Numbered from the stretch's first letter, positions 26,596 through 36,817 are shown. The stretch: DNA of 64,000 bases from Marivita sp. (GCF_020055635.1 NZ_JAIPUT010000007.1:20544-84543); one strand, 5' to 3'. The notes: generated by a model from the letters alone, not told the origin. Numbers and translations are program-made.

Positions 26596-28107
26596 ATGGA
26601 CGCCTTTCTGCTCGGGGCTTCTCAGGTTCTGTCGCTGTCGACGCTGGCGATGATGCTGCTCGGTGCGATTGCCGGGATCATCGCGGCAGCCATACCCGGC
26701 TTCACGGTGACCATGGCGATCGTTCTGACGCTGCCGCTGACCTTTACAATGGACCCGCTTCAGGGGATCGCCGTGATGCTCTCGGTCTATGTCGGCGGCT
26801 ACACCGGCGGCCTGATCTCGGCGGCCTTGCTGGGTATTCCCGGAACGCCCTCTTCCGTAGCCACCACCTTCGACGCCTTCCCCATGTCGCGCAACGGCGA
26901 GCCGGGCCGCGCCCTGTCGCTCGGGGTCTGGGCCTCTTTCTTCGGCACGATCATCTCGACCGCCGTTCTCATCGTCGCGGCCCCACCCTTGGCGATCTTT
27001 GCCGTCAGACTGGGGCCTTGGGAGTATTTCTCGCTGATCGTCTTCGCGTTGACCATCGTGGCCAGCCTCGTCGGACATTCGCTTCAGCGCGGGCTGATCG
27101 CCGCGCTCATCGGGTTGGTCATCGCGACGATCGGAACCGACCCGATGATGGGTCGCCCGCGTTTCGACATGGGGTTCGAATTGCTGGCGGCGGGTCTGCC
27201 CTTCCTCGTTGTCCTGATCGGCATCTTCGCGATCTCACAACTTGCCTCGGAGGTCGAGGACGTCAACGCCATCAAGACCGGAGAGCGGTTGGTCACCAGC
27301 GATATCGAGTTTCGGACCTGGAGCGTGATGCGTGAAGTGCTGATGCGCCCGGTCAATCTGATCCGGTCGTCCCTGATCGGGGTCGGCATTGGCGCCCTGC
27401 CCGGAGCGGGTGGGTCCATCGCCAATCTTGTTGCCTACGACCAGGCGCGACGCAGTTCCAAGACGCCCGAGAAATTCGGAACCGGAACCCCGGACGGCGT
27501 TGTCGCTTCCGAAGCCGGCAACTCGGCTACCGCCGGCGGCGGCCTTATCCCGCTGATTGCGCTTGGCATTCCGGGATCCGCCGTCGACGCGATCCTGATG
27601 GCGTCGCTGATGGTGCATGGCATCTCGGTGGGCCCGCGCCTGATCCTCGACAATGCGGATCTCGTCTACGGGATGTTCCTTGCCATGGCGGTCTCGAGCC
27701 TGATGATGCTCGCGGTCTGCCTTGTGTCGATGCGACTGTTCCTGCGTGTCGCGGAAGTGCCGAAATGGGCCGTCGTGCCGATTGTCCTCGTGTGCTGCGT
27801 GGTCGGATCATTCGCGCTCAACAACCGGGTGACGGATCTCTACCTGCTGGCCGCTGTTGGCCTGCTGGGCTACGCGCTCAAGGCGCTAGATTACCCGCTT
27901 GCCCCGCTCGTACTGGGGGTGATCCTCGGACCCATCGCCGAAACCAATCTGCGCCGCGCGCTGATGACGGACAATGACTGGACGCTGTTCCTGACGCGCC
28001 CCATCAGCCTCCTGCTGCTTGTCGCTGCGGTGCTGTCAGTGGGCTGGGCGATTTGGACCGTCCTCAAATCCAGAAAACACGCTACCAAACTCAAGGACTC
28101 TTCCTGA
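26596..28107 (+). CDS. tctA: TTT large membrane subunit (TctA family)
   Basis: Start MDAFLLGASQVLSL. About 503 aa, polytopic. Motifs GAIAGIIAAAIPGFT and GALPGAGGSIANLVAY. Confidence 0.9.
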   Translation: MDAFLLGASQVLSLSTLAMMLLGAIAGIIAAAIPGFTVTMAIVLTLPLTFTMDPLQGIAVMLSVYVGGYTGGLISAALLGIPGTPSSVATTFDAFPMSRNGEPGRALSLGVWASFFGTIISTAVLIVAAPPLAIFAVRLGPWEYFSLIVFALTIVASLVGHSLQRGLIAALIGLVIATIGTDPMMGRPRFDMGFELLAAGLPFLVVLIGIFAISQLASEVEDVNAIKTGERLVTSDIEFRTWSVMREVLMRPVNLIRSSLIGVGIGALPGAGGSIANLVAYDQARRSSKTPEKFGTGTPDGVVASEAGNSATAGGGLIPLIALGIPGSAVDAILMASLMVHGISVGPRLILDNADLVYGMFLAMAVSSLMMLAVCLVSMRLFLRVAEVPKWAVVPIVLVCCVVGSFALNNRVTDLYLLAAVGLLGYALKALDYPLAPLVLGVILGPIAETNLRRALMTDNDWTLFLTRPISLLLLVAAVLSVGWAIWTVLKSRKHATKLKDSS

Positions 28108-29702
28108 TGCCATTCCGCCACGATGCACCCTATGCTTCCCGCCGCTCACCGGTTCTGGCGGAAAACGTGGTCTCCACGTCCCATCCGCTTGCCGCGCAGG
28201 CGGGGCTTTCCATGCTGGCCAAAGGCGGCAATGCCGTAGACGCGGCAATTGCAGCCGCCGCGACCCTCACGGTGGTCGAACCCACGGGCAATGGTCTGGG
28301 CTCGGACGCGTTCTGCATCCTGTGGGACGGGTCCGAACTGCACGGGCTGAATGCCTCGGGCGGGGCGCCGCAAGGCTGGACGCCGGAGCGGTTCAGCGGC
28401 CAGGATGCGATGCCCTTCAGAGGTTGGGAGAGCGTCACAATCCCCGGCGCCATCGGTGCATGGTCCGCCCTGGCAAAGCGGTTCGGGACATTGGACCTGC
28501 CCACGCTCCTGGCCCCGGCAATCGGCTATGCAGAAACCGGCTTCACCGTCACACCCGTGATCGGTGAATTGTGGCAGCGCGGGGCAGACACGCTGTCGGA
28601 TCAGCCGGGCTTTGCCCAGGCCTTCATGCCGGGCGGGCACTCCCCGAAAGCCGGTGAGCGTTTCCGCAACCCTGACCAGGCCCATAGCCTTCAGCTCATT
28701 GCGGAAACCGACGGCCGCGCCTTTTACGAAGGCGACCTGGCAGCGCGGATCGCATCGTTTGCACGCGAGCATGGCGCCGCGTTGACCGAGGCGGATCTGG
28801 CGGCGTTCGAACCGGAATGGTGTGGCACCCTCTCAACGGCGTATGGCAAGAACGAACTGCACGAGATCCCTCCCAACGGCCAAGGGATCGCGGCACTGAT
28901 GGCGCTTGGCATGCTCGAGCATCTCGGCCTTGGGGAATTCGATGCCGATGATCCACTTGCCCTGCATTTGCAGATCGAGGCAATCAAGCTGGCCTTTGCC
29001 GACCTTCACGCCTTTGTCGCCGATCGCCGTTTCATGACAGATGTCACGCCCGAACACCTGATCGACCCGGGCTACCTCGCGACCCGGGCGCGGCTGGTGT
29101 CGCGGGATCGCGCGCAGAACCATGGCCCCGGCGCACCCCGAAACGGGGGGACGGTCTACCTGACCGCCGCCGATGCATCGGGCATGATGGTCTCGTTCAT
29201 CCAGTCCAACTATGCGGGATTTGGCTCGGGCGTTGTGGTGCCGGGCACAGGCATCAGCCTTCAGAATCGCGGCGCGGGCTTCACGCTCGAGCCGGGACAT
29301 CCCAACGAGGTGGGACCGGGCAAACGGCCCTTCCACACCATCATCCCCGGCTTCCTGATGCAGAACGGCGCGCCGAAAATGAGTTTTGGAGTCATGGGCG
29401 GACCGATGCAGGCACAGGGCCATGTCCAGATGGTTCTGCGCACGCAGCTTTGGGGACAGGATGTCCAGACCGCGGTGGATGCGCCGCGCTGGCGTTTCGT
29501 TTCGGGCAGCACCGTCGCCTGCGAGACAGCCCTGCCCGAAAAGACCCGCGCGCGGTTGACGGATCTGGGGCATGACATTTCCGTGGAGTCGCCGGACAGC
29601 GCCTTTGGCTTCGGCGGCGCGCAACTGATCGAGCGTCTTGCAACCGGCGGATATGCCGCCGGGTCAGACCCCCGCAAGGACGGGCAAGCTGTGGGCTTCT
29701 GA
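28107..29702 (+). CDS. ggt: Gamma-glutamyltransferase-family Ntn hydrolase, no signal peptide
   Basis: ATG overlaps the tctA stop (TGATG). VVSTSHPLAAQAGLSMLAKGGNAVDAAIAAAATLTVVEPTGNGLGSD. Putative autoprocessing Thr in NGGTVYLTAADASGMMVSFIQSNY. Confidence 0.85.
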   Translation: MPFRHDAPYASRRSPVLAENVVSTSHPLAAQAGLSMLAKGGNAVDAAIAAAATLTVVEPTGNGLGSDAFCILWDGSELHGLNASGGAPQGWTPERFSGQDAMPFRGWESVTIPGAIGAWSALAKRFGTLDLPTLLAPAIGYAETGFTVTPVIGELWQRGADTLSDQPGFAQAFMPGGHSPKAGERFRNPDQAHSLQLIAETDGRAFYEGDLAARIASFAREHGAALTEADLAAFEPEWCGTLSTAYGKNELHEIPPNGQGIAALMALGMLEHLGLGEFDADDPLALHLQIEAIKLAFADLHAFVADRRFMTDVTPEHLIDPGYLATRARLVSRDRAQNHGPGAPRNGGTVYLTAADASGMMVSFIQSNYAGFGSGVVVPGTGISLQNRGAGFTLEPGHPNEVGPGKRPFHTIIPGFLMQNGAPKMSFGVMGGPMQAQGHVQMVLRTQLWGQDVQTAVDAPRWRFVSGSTVACETALPEKTRARLTDLGHDISVESPDSAFGFGGAQLIERLATGGYAAGSDPRKDGQAVGF

Positions 29703-29756
29703 GCGCATGGCTTGTCGCAGGCTTTTGGGCCGGGACGACAGGAAGGTTTCGCGCGA

Positions 29757-30011
29757 CTACAGCTTGCTGTGCGCACCATCGCAGAGCGGCTGATTGCTGC
29801 TGTGCTTGCAGCCGCAAAAGAAGACACGCTTGCTGGCATCTGGGGTGTATTTGACCGGCGTGATGCCGGTGTCCTTGTGACTGCCGTCGCAAAAGGGCTG
29901 CTTGGTGCTTTTGCCGCAGGCGCACCAGAAATAGGTCTTGCCGTCTTGAACCTCGACCGGAAACGGCGACTTCTGCGTGATGATCGGTGCTGTCACTGGA
30001 TACTCCATCAT
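29757..30011 (-). CDS. CDGSH-type iron-sulfur domain protein (two CDGSH motifs)
   Basis: CACGKSTKQPFCDGSH and CGCKHSSNQPLCDGAH read directly. 84 aa. Confidence 0.85.
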   Translation of the reverse strand: MMEYPVTAPIITQKSPFPVEVQDGKTYFWCACGKSTKQPFCDGSHKDTGITPVKYTPDASKRVFFCGCKHSSNQPLCDGAHSKL

Positions 30012-30163
30012 TGTCTGTCACGGAAAGTAGCGCCAGATCGGGCAAATGGTAGGCGGGCTGAGCCCAGCGATGAAGAAGCAGGTTCGGCTCGGGCACTGGC
30101 CCTGATTTGCATCAAATACCCGGTTGTCCAAGCCGGGTAGAGTGCCGTCAGCCAGGCTGACCC

Positions 30164-32875
30164 ATGATCGACCAGAGTCCAAGAGGCGCCATGCACGACA
30201 AGACACCCGAAAGCGCGCTTGCATCGCTTGGCACGACGACAGCCGGTTTGAGCGCTGACGAGGCCGCGCGCCGGCGCACGAAGCACGGCCCAAATCGCCT
30301 GCCCGACCCGCCGGGGCGCAACCCGGTTCTGCGGTTCCTTGCGCAGTTCCACAACGTCCTGATCTACGTTCTGATCGGCGCGGCAATCGTCACCGCCGCC
30401 CTGGAGCATTGGGTCGATACGGGCGTCATTCTTGCGGTGGTGGTGGTCAATGCAATCATCGGCTTCGTGCAGGAGGGCCGCGCAGAAAAGGCGATGGCAG
30501 CCCTGCGCGAGATGCTTGCGCCGCGGTCTGCCGTGCTGCGTGGCGGGAGCCGTGTCAACGTCGATGCCGCCGATCTTGTACCCGGTGACATCGTCATTCT
30601 CGAGGCAGGCGACCGTGTGCCAGCCGATCTGCGGGTGATCCTCGCGCATGGGCTGACCGCCGAGGAAGCGATCCTCACCGGAGAGTCGATGCCCGTGGAG
30701 AAGGCCACGGCACCGGTGCACCGTGATGCTGCGCTCGGGGACCAGGCATCGATGCTGTTTTCCGGAACGCTGGTCGCCTCGGGCACAGGACGCGGCGTGG
30801 TCGCGGCCACGGGCGCCGAGACGCAAATCGGCCAGATCAGCGGCATGCTGAGCCGGGTCGAGGTGCTGACCACGCCGCTTGTGGCACAGATGGACCGTTT
30901 CGCACGGTGGCTGACCGTGTTCATCGTCATCCTTGCGGGCGGCTTGCTGAGCTATGGCTATTTTGTCCGGCACATGGGCTTTTCAGACCTGTTCATGGCA
31001 GTGGTCGGCCTGTCGGTCGCGGCCATTCCCGAAGGCCTGCCCGCCGTGCTTACCATCACCTTGGCGGTGGGTGTCCAGGCGATGGCCCGGCGCAACGCCA
31101 TCGTGCGCCGCCTGCCTGCAATCGAGACGCTGGGGTCTGTCTCGGTCATCTGCACGGACAAGACCGGAACGCTTACTCGCAACGAGATGATGGCGGCATC
31201 GCTGGCCACCGCCGGTCATATCCACGAGGTGACCGGCGATGGCTACGCGCCCGAAGGCGAGCTTAGCGCGCCCGGTGCAGGTGACGGCGAGGCGGCAACC
31301 CTGCAGGAGATCGCGCGCGTGGCCGCGCTGTGCAACGATGCAGTACTGCGCGGGCCCGAGAACGGCTGGCGCGTGGAAGGCGACCCGATGGAAGGCGCGC
31401 TTCTGGCGCTTTCAGGCAAGATCACCGGTGACGGGGCAACGCCATTCGCCGGTTGGACCAGGCGGGATGCGATCCCCTTTGACGCCGCGCACCGCTACAT
31501 GGCGACGCTTGACTGCGACGGTTCAGGACGCGCCTGCATCCACGTCAAGGGCGCACCAGAGGCGGTGCTTTCGCTATGCGGCAACGCGCGTTCGGAGGAC
31601 GGCGGAACGGTACCGCTTGACGCAGATCACTGGCTTGGCGCAGTCGAGACCCTTGCGGCCGGAGGCCAGCGCGTGATCGCGGTGGCCACGCTCGAGCGGA
31701 ACCCCGAGTGCAAAAGTCTCGCCCCTGGCGAACTTGCCGGAAAGCTGACTTTTGTGGGGCTGATCGGCCTCATCGACCCGCCCCGCCCCGAAGCGATAAC
31801 GGCGGTGGCCGAGTGTCATGCGGCCGGTATCCACGTGAAGATGATCACCGGTGATCACGCCGCAACGGCGCGCGCCATCGCAAGGCAGATCGGATTGAAA
31901 ATCCAGGACCGCGTTCTGACCGGTGCAGAGCTCGAGGCGATGGGAGATGCCGCCCTTGCCGACGCCGCTGCTCAGACCGACATCTTTGCCCGAACCTCTC
32001 CGGCCGACAAGCTGCGGCTGGTCACGGCGCTGCAGTCGCGCGGGCTCACCGTGGCCATGACCGGTGACGGGGTCAACGACGCCCCTGCCCTCAAGCGCGC
32101 GGATGCCGGCATCGCGATGGGTCTCAAGGGCAGCGCGGCGGCGAAGGAGGCGGCGGAACTGGTGCTCGCCGACGACAATTTCGCATCGATCGTCGCAGCG
32201 GTGCGCGAGGGACGTACCGTCTATGACAACATCAAGAAGGTCATAAGCTGGACGCTGCCCACCAGCGCCGGCGAAGCGATGACCATCGTTGTCGCGCTGT
32301 TCGCCGGCATGTCCTTGCCGATCACCGCCCTGCAAATCCTGTGGATCAATCTGATCACCGCCGTAACGCTGGGCCTTGCGTTGGCGTTCGAACCGCCAGA
32401 GCCGGGCACCATGCGCCGCCCTCCCCGCCCGCGGGGCGAGCCGCTGCTGACCCGCAGACTTGTCTGGCAGATCGTCTTCGTCTCGATGCTGTTTCTTGCC
32501 GCCGTTTTCGGAGTCTACGCCCATGCGATTGACGCCGGACATGCTTTGCCATTGGCGCAGACACTGGCGATGAACATGCTGGTGGTGCTGGAAATCATGT
32601 ACCTCTTCTATATCCGGAACCTGCACGGACCGTCCCTGACCTGGGCAGCCGCCAAGGGCACAAAGGTCGTCTGGGCCTGCGTGATCTTCGTTACGGCTGC
32701 GCAGGGCGCGATCACCTATCTGCCGCCGCTGCAAAGGATTTTCGGAACCGCGGCGGTGCCCTTCGGCGAAGGCATCCTGCTTGTCGGGATCGGGATCGCC
32801 TTCCTGGCCCTGATAGAGACAGAAAAACAGATACGCCTTTCGCTCCTGCCTGGCAGCAGACGTGACCAAACCTGA
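30164..32875 (+). CDS. Cation-transporting P-type ATPase (type II-like); alternative start at 30191
   Basis: Motifs TGES (ILTGESMPVEK), phosphorylation site ICTDKTGTLT, hinge MTGDGVNDAPALKRADAGIAMG. 10-TM topology. Confidence 0.9.
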   Translation: MIDQSPRGAMHDKTPESALASLGTTTAGLSADEAARRRTKHGPNRLPDPPGRNPVLRFLAQFHNVLIYVLIGAAIVTAALEHWVDTGVILAVVVVNAIIGFVQEGRAEKAMAALREMLAPRSAVLRGGSRVNVDAADLVPGDIVILEAGDRVPADLRVILAHGLTAEEAILTGESMPVEKATAPVHRDAALGDQASMLFSGTLVASGTGRGVVAATGAETQIGQISGMLSRVEVLTTPLVAQMDRFARWLTVFIVILAGGLLSYGYFVRHMGFSDLFMAVVGLSVAAIPEGLPAVLTITLAVGVQAMARRNAIVRRLPAIETLGSVSVICTDKTGTLTRNEMMAASLATAGHIHEVTGDGYAPEGELSAPGAGDGEAATLQEIARVAALCNDAVLRGPENGWRVEGDPMEGALLALSGKITGDGATPFAGWTRRDAIPFDAAHRYMATLDCDGSGRACIHVKGAPEAVLSLCGNARSEDGGTVPLDADHWLGAVETLAAGGQRVIAVATLERNPECKSLAPGELAGKLTFVGLIGLIDPPRPEAITAVAECHAAGIHVKMITGDHAATARAIARQIGLKIQDRVLTGAELEAMGDAALADAAAQTDIFARTSPADKLRLVTALQSRGLTVAMTGDGVNDAPALKRADAGIAMGLKGSAAAKEAAELVLADDNFASIVAAVREGRTVYDNIKKVISWTLPTSAGEAMTIVVALFAGMSLPITALQILWINLITAVTLGLALAFEPPEPGTMRRPPRPRGEPLLTRRLVWQIVFVSMLFLAAVFGVYAHAIDAGHALPLAQTLAMNMLVVLEIMYLFYIRNLHGPSLTWAAAKGTKVVWACVIFVTAAQGAITYLPPLQRIFGTAAVPFGEGILLVGIGIAFLALIETEKQIRLSLLPGSRRDQT

Positions 32876-32885
32876 TCCTGGCGCT

Positions 32886-32914
32886 GCCCGGAGGGGTTCA
32901 ATGGGGCTCCGGGC
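32886..32914. terminator. Hairpin between the convergent P-type ATPase and MscS genes
   Basis: GCCCGGAG-(13 nt)-CTCCGGGC, 8-bp stem. Its right end abuts the stop of the minus-strand gene. Confidence 0.3.
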
Positions 32915-35346
32915 TATGTCGGGTCGGGTGTCTGCTTGTTCAGCGCCGACCCTTCGGGTGGATATTCCAGGCTTCCGCTCAGCTTCGCCTTCAGCGTCCA
33001 GTCGAAATCGGGAAACGGCAGGTTTTCCGATTGACGCCACGCTTCGACAGCGGCTTCTGCCCGATTGACACGCTCGGTGTCGGGGCCTTCGTCGGGGGCG
33101 GCGTAATGCGTCACGGACGGGAAGGCGAATTGCGCACCGGCCTCTTCCACCACGGCCATCATGCGCAGCAGGACATCCTCGCGGACAGCCGCGAAGGTGT
33201 CGATGTCCGAGGCCTGGATGTAAGAAAAGATCTCGATATCGAGCGAATGCGCGCCAAACGCCATGAAGCGCACCCTGAGCGGATCCGACAGCACCGCAGG
33301 ATGGCCGATGAGCAGCTTGCGCAGCGCCACCAGAACATAGCGCAGCTGGTCGGGGCGCGTTTCGTAGCGCAGTTGCAGGACCGTGGTGAAGAGGAAGCGA
33401 TCCCGACGCGAGAAATTCTCGAGTTCCATGTCGAGGAACTGCGAGTTCGGCACGCTGATGACCGTGCGGTCGAGGGTGCGCAGCCGGGTCGACCGCAGCC
33501 CGATATGTTCCACCGTGCCCGACTTGTCGCCGAAGCGGCAGAAATCGCCGACGGAAATCGGGCGGTCGGCGAAGATCGTGAAGCCCGAAAGCAGGTTCTG
33601 CAACGTCGGCTGAACGGCAAGAGCGAAGGCGATGCCGCCGATCCCGAAGCCGGCCAGAACACTGGTAAGCGGCAGCGACAGCATATGCGCGATGGCAAGA
33701 ACCGCAGCAAGCAGCAGACCGCCCCGCAGGACCCCGGAGACCAGCGACAGAAGGATGAGGTTGTGCCCGATGACCCGTTCAGCATTGCGATACCTGTCTG
33801 CCATGGCGCCAACTGCCTGCCATCCCAACAGGAACAGGCCGAAAACGATCAGGATGACGGCGACGGCGGCCAGAACTCCGGTGAACCGTTCCGGAAGACC
33901 CAGAACAAGGTCCGCGCCCAGAAAGACAATCCCGACGGCCAATCCGCACAGCGCCCAACTGGCAAGCTCGTTGCTGATCGGATGCTCTTCGGCTGCCGAC
34001 GCGTTTTCCGTCGTGAAAAGACTGCGCAGGATACGCAGCGCAAGAAATGCAGCACCCCATGCCAGGATCAGCGTCACGAACAGGGCCCACCACTGCCATA
34101 TTTCGAGCGGTCCCAGGGGCGTGAGCGTCGAGGGCAGGACACCGCGAAGCGCGCTGCGGATGATGAAGTGAATGTCGCGATCCTGAACCTCGGTCAATCC
34201 GGGAGCCAGCGGCATGTCCTCCATCGACGTGTAGACGGCCCGGATGGTCCGCAGGGTCTCGGGGGTGAATTGCCAGATGACACCTTCTTCGGTTTCGACA
34301 GGAGCGATGACGACGCTGCCTTCTGAGTGCCGAAAATGCACATAGGGAATATCGCCGTTCGGGGCGTCGGGAATCTCCTGCCAGATGACGTAGCCGGCCC
34401 GGTCGATCACCCGCTTGAGATATCCCGCCAGCACCTGGCCGTCGTGAATGCGGGTGACTTCCGGTCGTCCCCGCAGATCCAGCGCAGCAAGCGCAGCCGG
34501 TGCAGATCCGTCGGGGTTGAAGCGAAAGCTCAACAGGAACGCGCGCATCGCGTCGCGCGGGTCTCTCGGACCAAGGCCCGCCTGATGCTCTTCCGTTGCG
34601 GTTCCGGACGCAGTGCGAAGCCTGTCGCGCAAAGTGGCAAGCTCATCGATCGAGCGCGGCGCGAGATACCACTGGCCCTCATGCAGCTGAAACTCGATCC
34701 CGACTTTCAGCCCTGTGCCCGCCTGTTCCAGATCGACCGTGACCGCGTTGCCATCCACCTGCTGAGGCAGGTCCCACAGGCGAAAGGTCGTTTGGTTGAT
34801 CACCGCATGGAGCGCTCGGGCATAGTCGAACCTGTCCGCATCACCTTCCGTGCCATCCTGCGGGCGGACAAGTGCCGCGGCCATGCCCAGGGCTTCGAGA
34901 TCGCCGTCGACAGCCTCGTTGGCCGCCGTCAGAAAATCGCGCATCGTGTTCATCGGGCTGGACTGGTTCACGATCGCGACACGCGGGCCTTCCGTCGCGG
35001 CCCGAGCACCTGTCCACCATTCACCGGATCCGAAGCGACCGGTGAAGGATAGCCCGTCGCGCGACTGGACAAAGACAAAAGCACCAGAGCGGTCCTCTTC
35101 GATCCAGCGACCGCGCAATTCGCGCCCCACCGCAACGGCCTCGACCCGGCCTTCATAAAGCGGATAGGTGCCGGTAATCAGGGCTCCGGATTGGTCAAGG
35201 TTCAGCCTCGCCCCGCCGTCGCGCCACAGCGTATCCCATGTGCCCCCCCATTGCGCGGGCGGCGCGTCCTGCGCCTTGGCCGGCGTCGAGAGGACGAGGC
35301 CAAGCAGCAGGGCGAAAAGTGAAAATACCCTAAGCAGGCTGGCCAT
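32914..35346 (-). CDS. Large mechanosensitive channel, MscS family, with a roughly 450-aa periplasmic N-domain
   Basis: Start MASLLRVFSLFALLLGLVLSTPAKAQ (signal peptide). MscS core LSGFTIFADRPISVGDFCRFGDKSGTVEHIGLRSTRLRTLDRTVISVPNSQF. Confidence 0.85.
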   Translation of the reverse strand: MASLLRVFSLFALLLGLVLSTPAKAQDAPPAQWGGTWDTLWRDGGARLNLDQSGALITGTYPLYEGRVEAVAVGRELRGRWIEEDRSGAFVFVQSRDGLSFTGRFGSGEWWTGARAATEGPRVAIVNQSSPMNTMRDFLTAANEAVDGDLEALGMAAALVRPQDGTEGDADRFDYARALHAVINQTTFRLWDLPQQVDGNAVTVDLEQAGTGLKVGIEFQLHEGQWYLAPRSIDELATLRDRLRTASGTATEEHQAGLGPRDPRDAMRAFLLSFRFNPDGSAPAALAALDLRGRPEVTRIHDGQVLAGYLKRVIDRAGYVIWQEIPDAPNGDIPYVHFRHSEGSVVIAPVETEEGVIWQFTPETLRTIRAVYTSMEDMPLAPGLTEVQDRDIHFIIRSALRGVLPSTLTPLGPLEIWQWWALFVTLILAWGAAFLALRILRSLFTTENASAAEEHPISNELASWALCGLAVGIVFLGADLVLGLPERFTGVLAAVAVILIVFGLFLLGWQAVGAMADRYRNAERVIGHNLILLSLVSGVLRGGLLLAAVLAIAHMLSLPLTSVLAGFGIGGIAFALAVQPTLQNLLSGFTIFADRPISVGDFCRFGDKSGTVEHIGLRSTRLRTLDRTVISVPNSQFLDMELENFSRRDRFLFTTVLQLRYETRPDQLRYVLVALRKLLIGHPAVLSDPLRVRFMAFGAHSLDIEIFSYIQASDIDTFAAVREDVLLRMMAVVEEAGAQFAFPSVTHYAAPDEGPDTERVNRAEAAVEAWRQSENLPFPDFDWTLKAKLSGSLEYPPEGSALNKQTPDPT

Positions 35347-35383
35347 GATGTGTCCGTGTCCTTGCAGAGTGAAACATCTGCGG

Positions 35384-36817
35384 TCAGCGCAGATAAACGG
35401 CGGAAAGTTCGGCGAGGATGCCGCCCTCCGCATCTTGAAGCTCGAGCGATTGCCCTTGAAGACGGAAGCTGCGGGTCGCAGCCAGCATGTCGAGCAGCGC
35501 CTGTTCAATCGTATCGAGCGGCGGCGGGCAGGCCATTCGCGTGCTCGCCCCCACGGCTAAAGTCAGGGTCTCTCCGTCTTGATCATGCCGGCCGAGGATC
35601 CGATTGCACCCGACGGTCGCCCGGAAGCGCCGTTCGGGATCGCTGTAGAGGACGATATGCGGCTCACGCCGGTTCTGCATCGCCCTGACCTCTTGGCCCA
35701 TCAACCTGTCAAAGCGCCAATAGGTATCGGTGAGCGATGCCTGCGGTTCGGCCTTGGCGCAGGTATCCCCGGGCCTTGTGGCAATGAACCGATCGACGAT
35801 CAGGCTGGTTCGGGGCGCGCCCTCTGGTGTCGGACGCGGGGCAAGACCGCCTTCCACATGCACGACGACCGGCGCGCCGGATGTAGGTGCCGCCTCGAGA
35901 TATGCGCGTTCAAGCGCGTCGTAGTCACCGCCCTGCGCGATGGGATAGCGGACGCCCGAAAAACATTCCTCGAAACGTGCGGCATCGTCCCTTTGGGTCA
36001 TCCGACCCAGCAGGAAGAACCCGGCAAGCTCGGCAGGATCCAACGTACCGTCGCTGATCAGCGCATAGTCGAGTTCGGATGTGATCGGATTGCCCGCCAT
36101 GTCCATCTGGCGGAGGCGATCCGGAGCCTCGACCTGCCAGAAAAGTGGCATTTCTGACGCGCCATGCAAGACGATTGCGCCGCGCACAGGGTCGGCGTAC
36201 CAGCGCCCGATCTCGTCGCGACGTGTTGTTTCATCTGCTTTGAGCCATTCGCGGCGCATATGGTAATATTGTCCCGGCCACAGGTCGAGATGATGGCGGA
36301 TGCCCTCGCAATCGGCGCAGGGCAGCGTGCCGCGGAACGTGGCCGGCAGGCGCAGGCCATGCGCACCGATCTTGGGCGCCGCAGCACCGGACCTGTCCCC
36401 CTGAACCCGCTTCATCACCACCTCTACTGTCTGCGCCTCGCCGTCCTGCAGAACCGGAGTCGCCGTATCCGTGGTGAACAGAAGCTGCCCGTCATGCCTG
36501 AGTGTCGCCCGCAGGGCATAGACCGCCCGCGGGTCGAGATCCGCCGGGTCATAGTCGATGGCGAAGGCGATCGGCGATTGTCCGGCCCCGTCGATGACAA
36601 TGCGCGCAAGTGGCCGCGCGGGCGCATCGGCCCGCGAGGAATCCTCGATCACGGCCTCGAAAACCGCGTCGGGTGGAAGCGCGATCCGTTCCCGGATGAC
36701 GGCGGTGCCGGTCAGCGTGTCGGCCATTGCAGTGCCGATCCCTGCCACGGCTGCCAGCAGAACCGGCGCACATGACAAGACATGCCGCCTGCGCAAGGTC
36801 ATCAAGGAAAAGAGCAT
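35384..36817 (-). CDS. Fusion protein: YbaY-like lipoprotein domain + NlpE N-terminal-like (CxxC) domain + META/HslJ domain
   Basis: Start MLFSLMTLRRRHVLSCAPVLLAAVAG (CAT at 36815-36817). TGTAVIRERIALPPDAVFEAVIED... (YbaY-like). FRGTLPCADCEGIRHHLDLWP (NlpE_N-like). C-terminal TYWRFDRLMGQEV...TVGCNRILG...STRMACPPP (META). Confidence 0.7.
   Translation of the reverse strand: MLFSLMTLRRRHVLSCAPVLLAAVAGIGTAMADTLTGTAVIRERIALPPDAVFEAVIEDSSRADAPARPLARIVIDGAGQSPIAFAIDYDPADLDPRAVYALRATLRHDGQLLFTTDTATPVLQDGEAQTVEVVMKRVQGDRSGAAAPKIGAHGLRLPATFRGTLPCADCEGIRHHLDLWPGQYYHMRREWLKADETTRRDEIGRWYADPVRGAIVLHGASEMPLFWQVEAPDRLRQMDMAGNPITSELDYALISDGTLDPAELAGFFLLGRMTQRDDAARFEECFSGVRYPIAQGGDYDALERAYLEAAPTSGAPVVVHVEGGLAPRPTPEGAPRTSLIVDRFIATRPGDTCAKAEPQASLTDTYWRFDRLMGQEVRAMQNRREPHIVLYSDPERRFRATVGCNRILGRHDQDGETLTLAVGASTRMACPPPLDTIEQALLDMLAATRSFRLQGQSLELQDAEGGILAELSAVYLR

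Noticed and set aside
30008-33040. 321-aa and 488-aa minus-strand ORFs over the P-type ATPase gene
   Set aside because: Antisense shadows. The ATPase frame carries the TGES, DKTGT and GDGVNDAPAL motifs.
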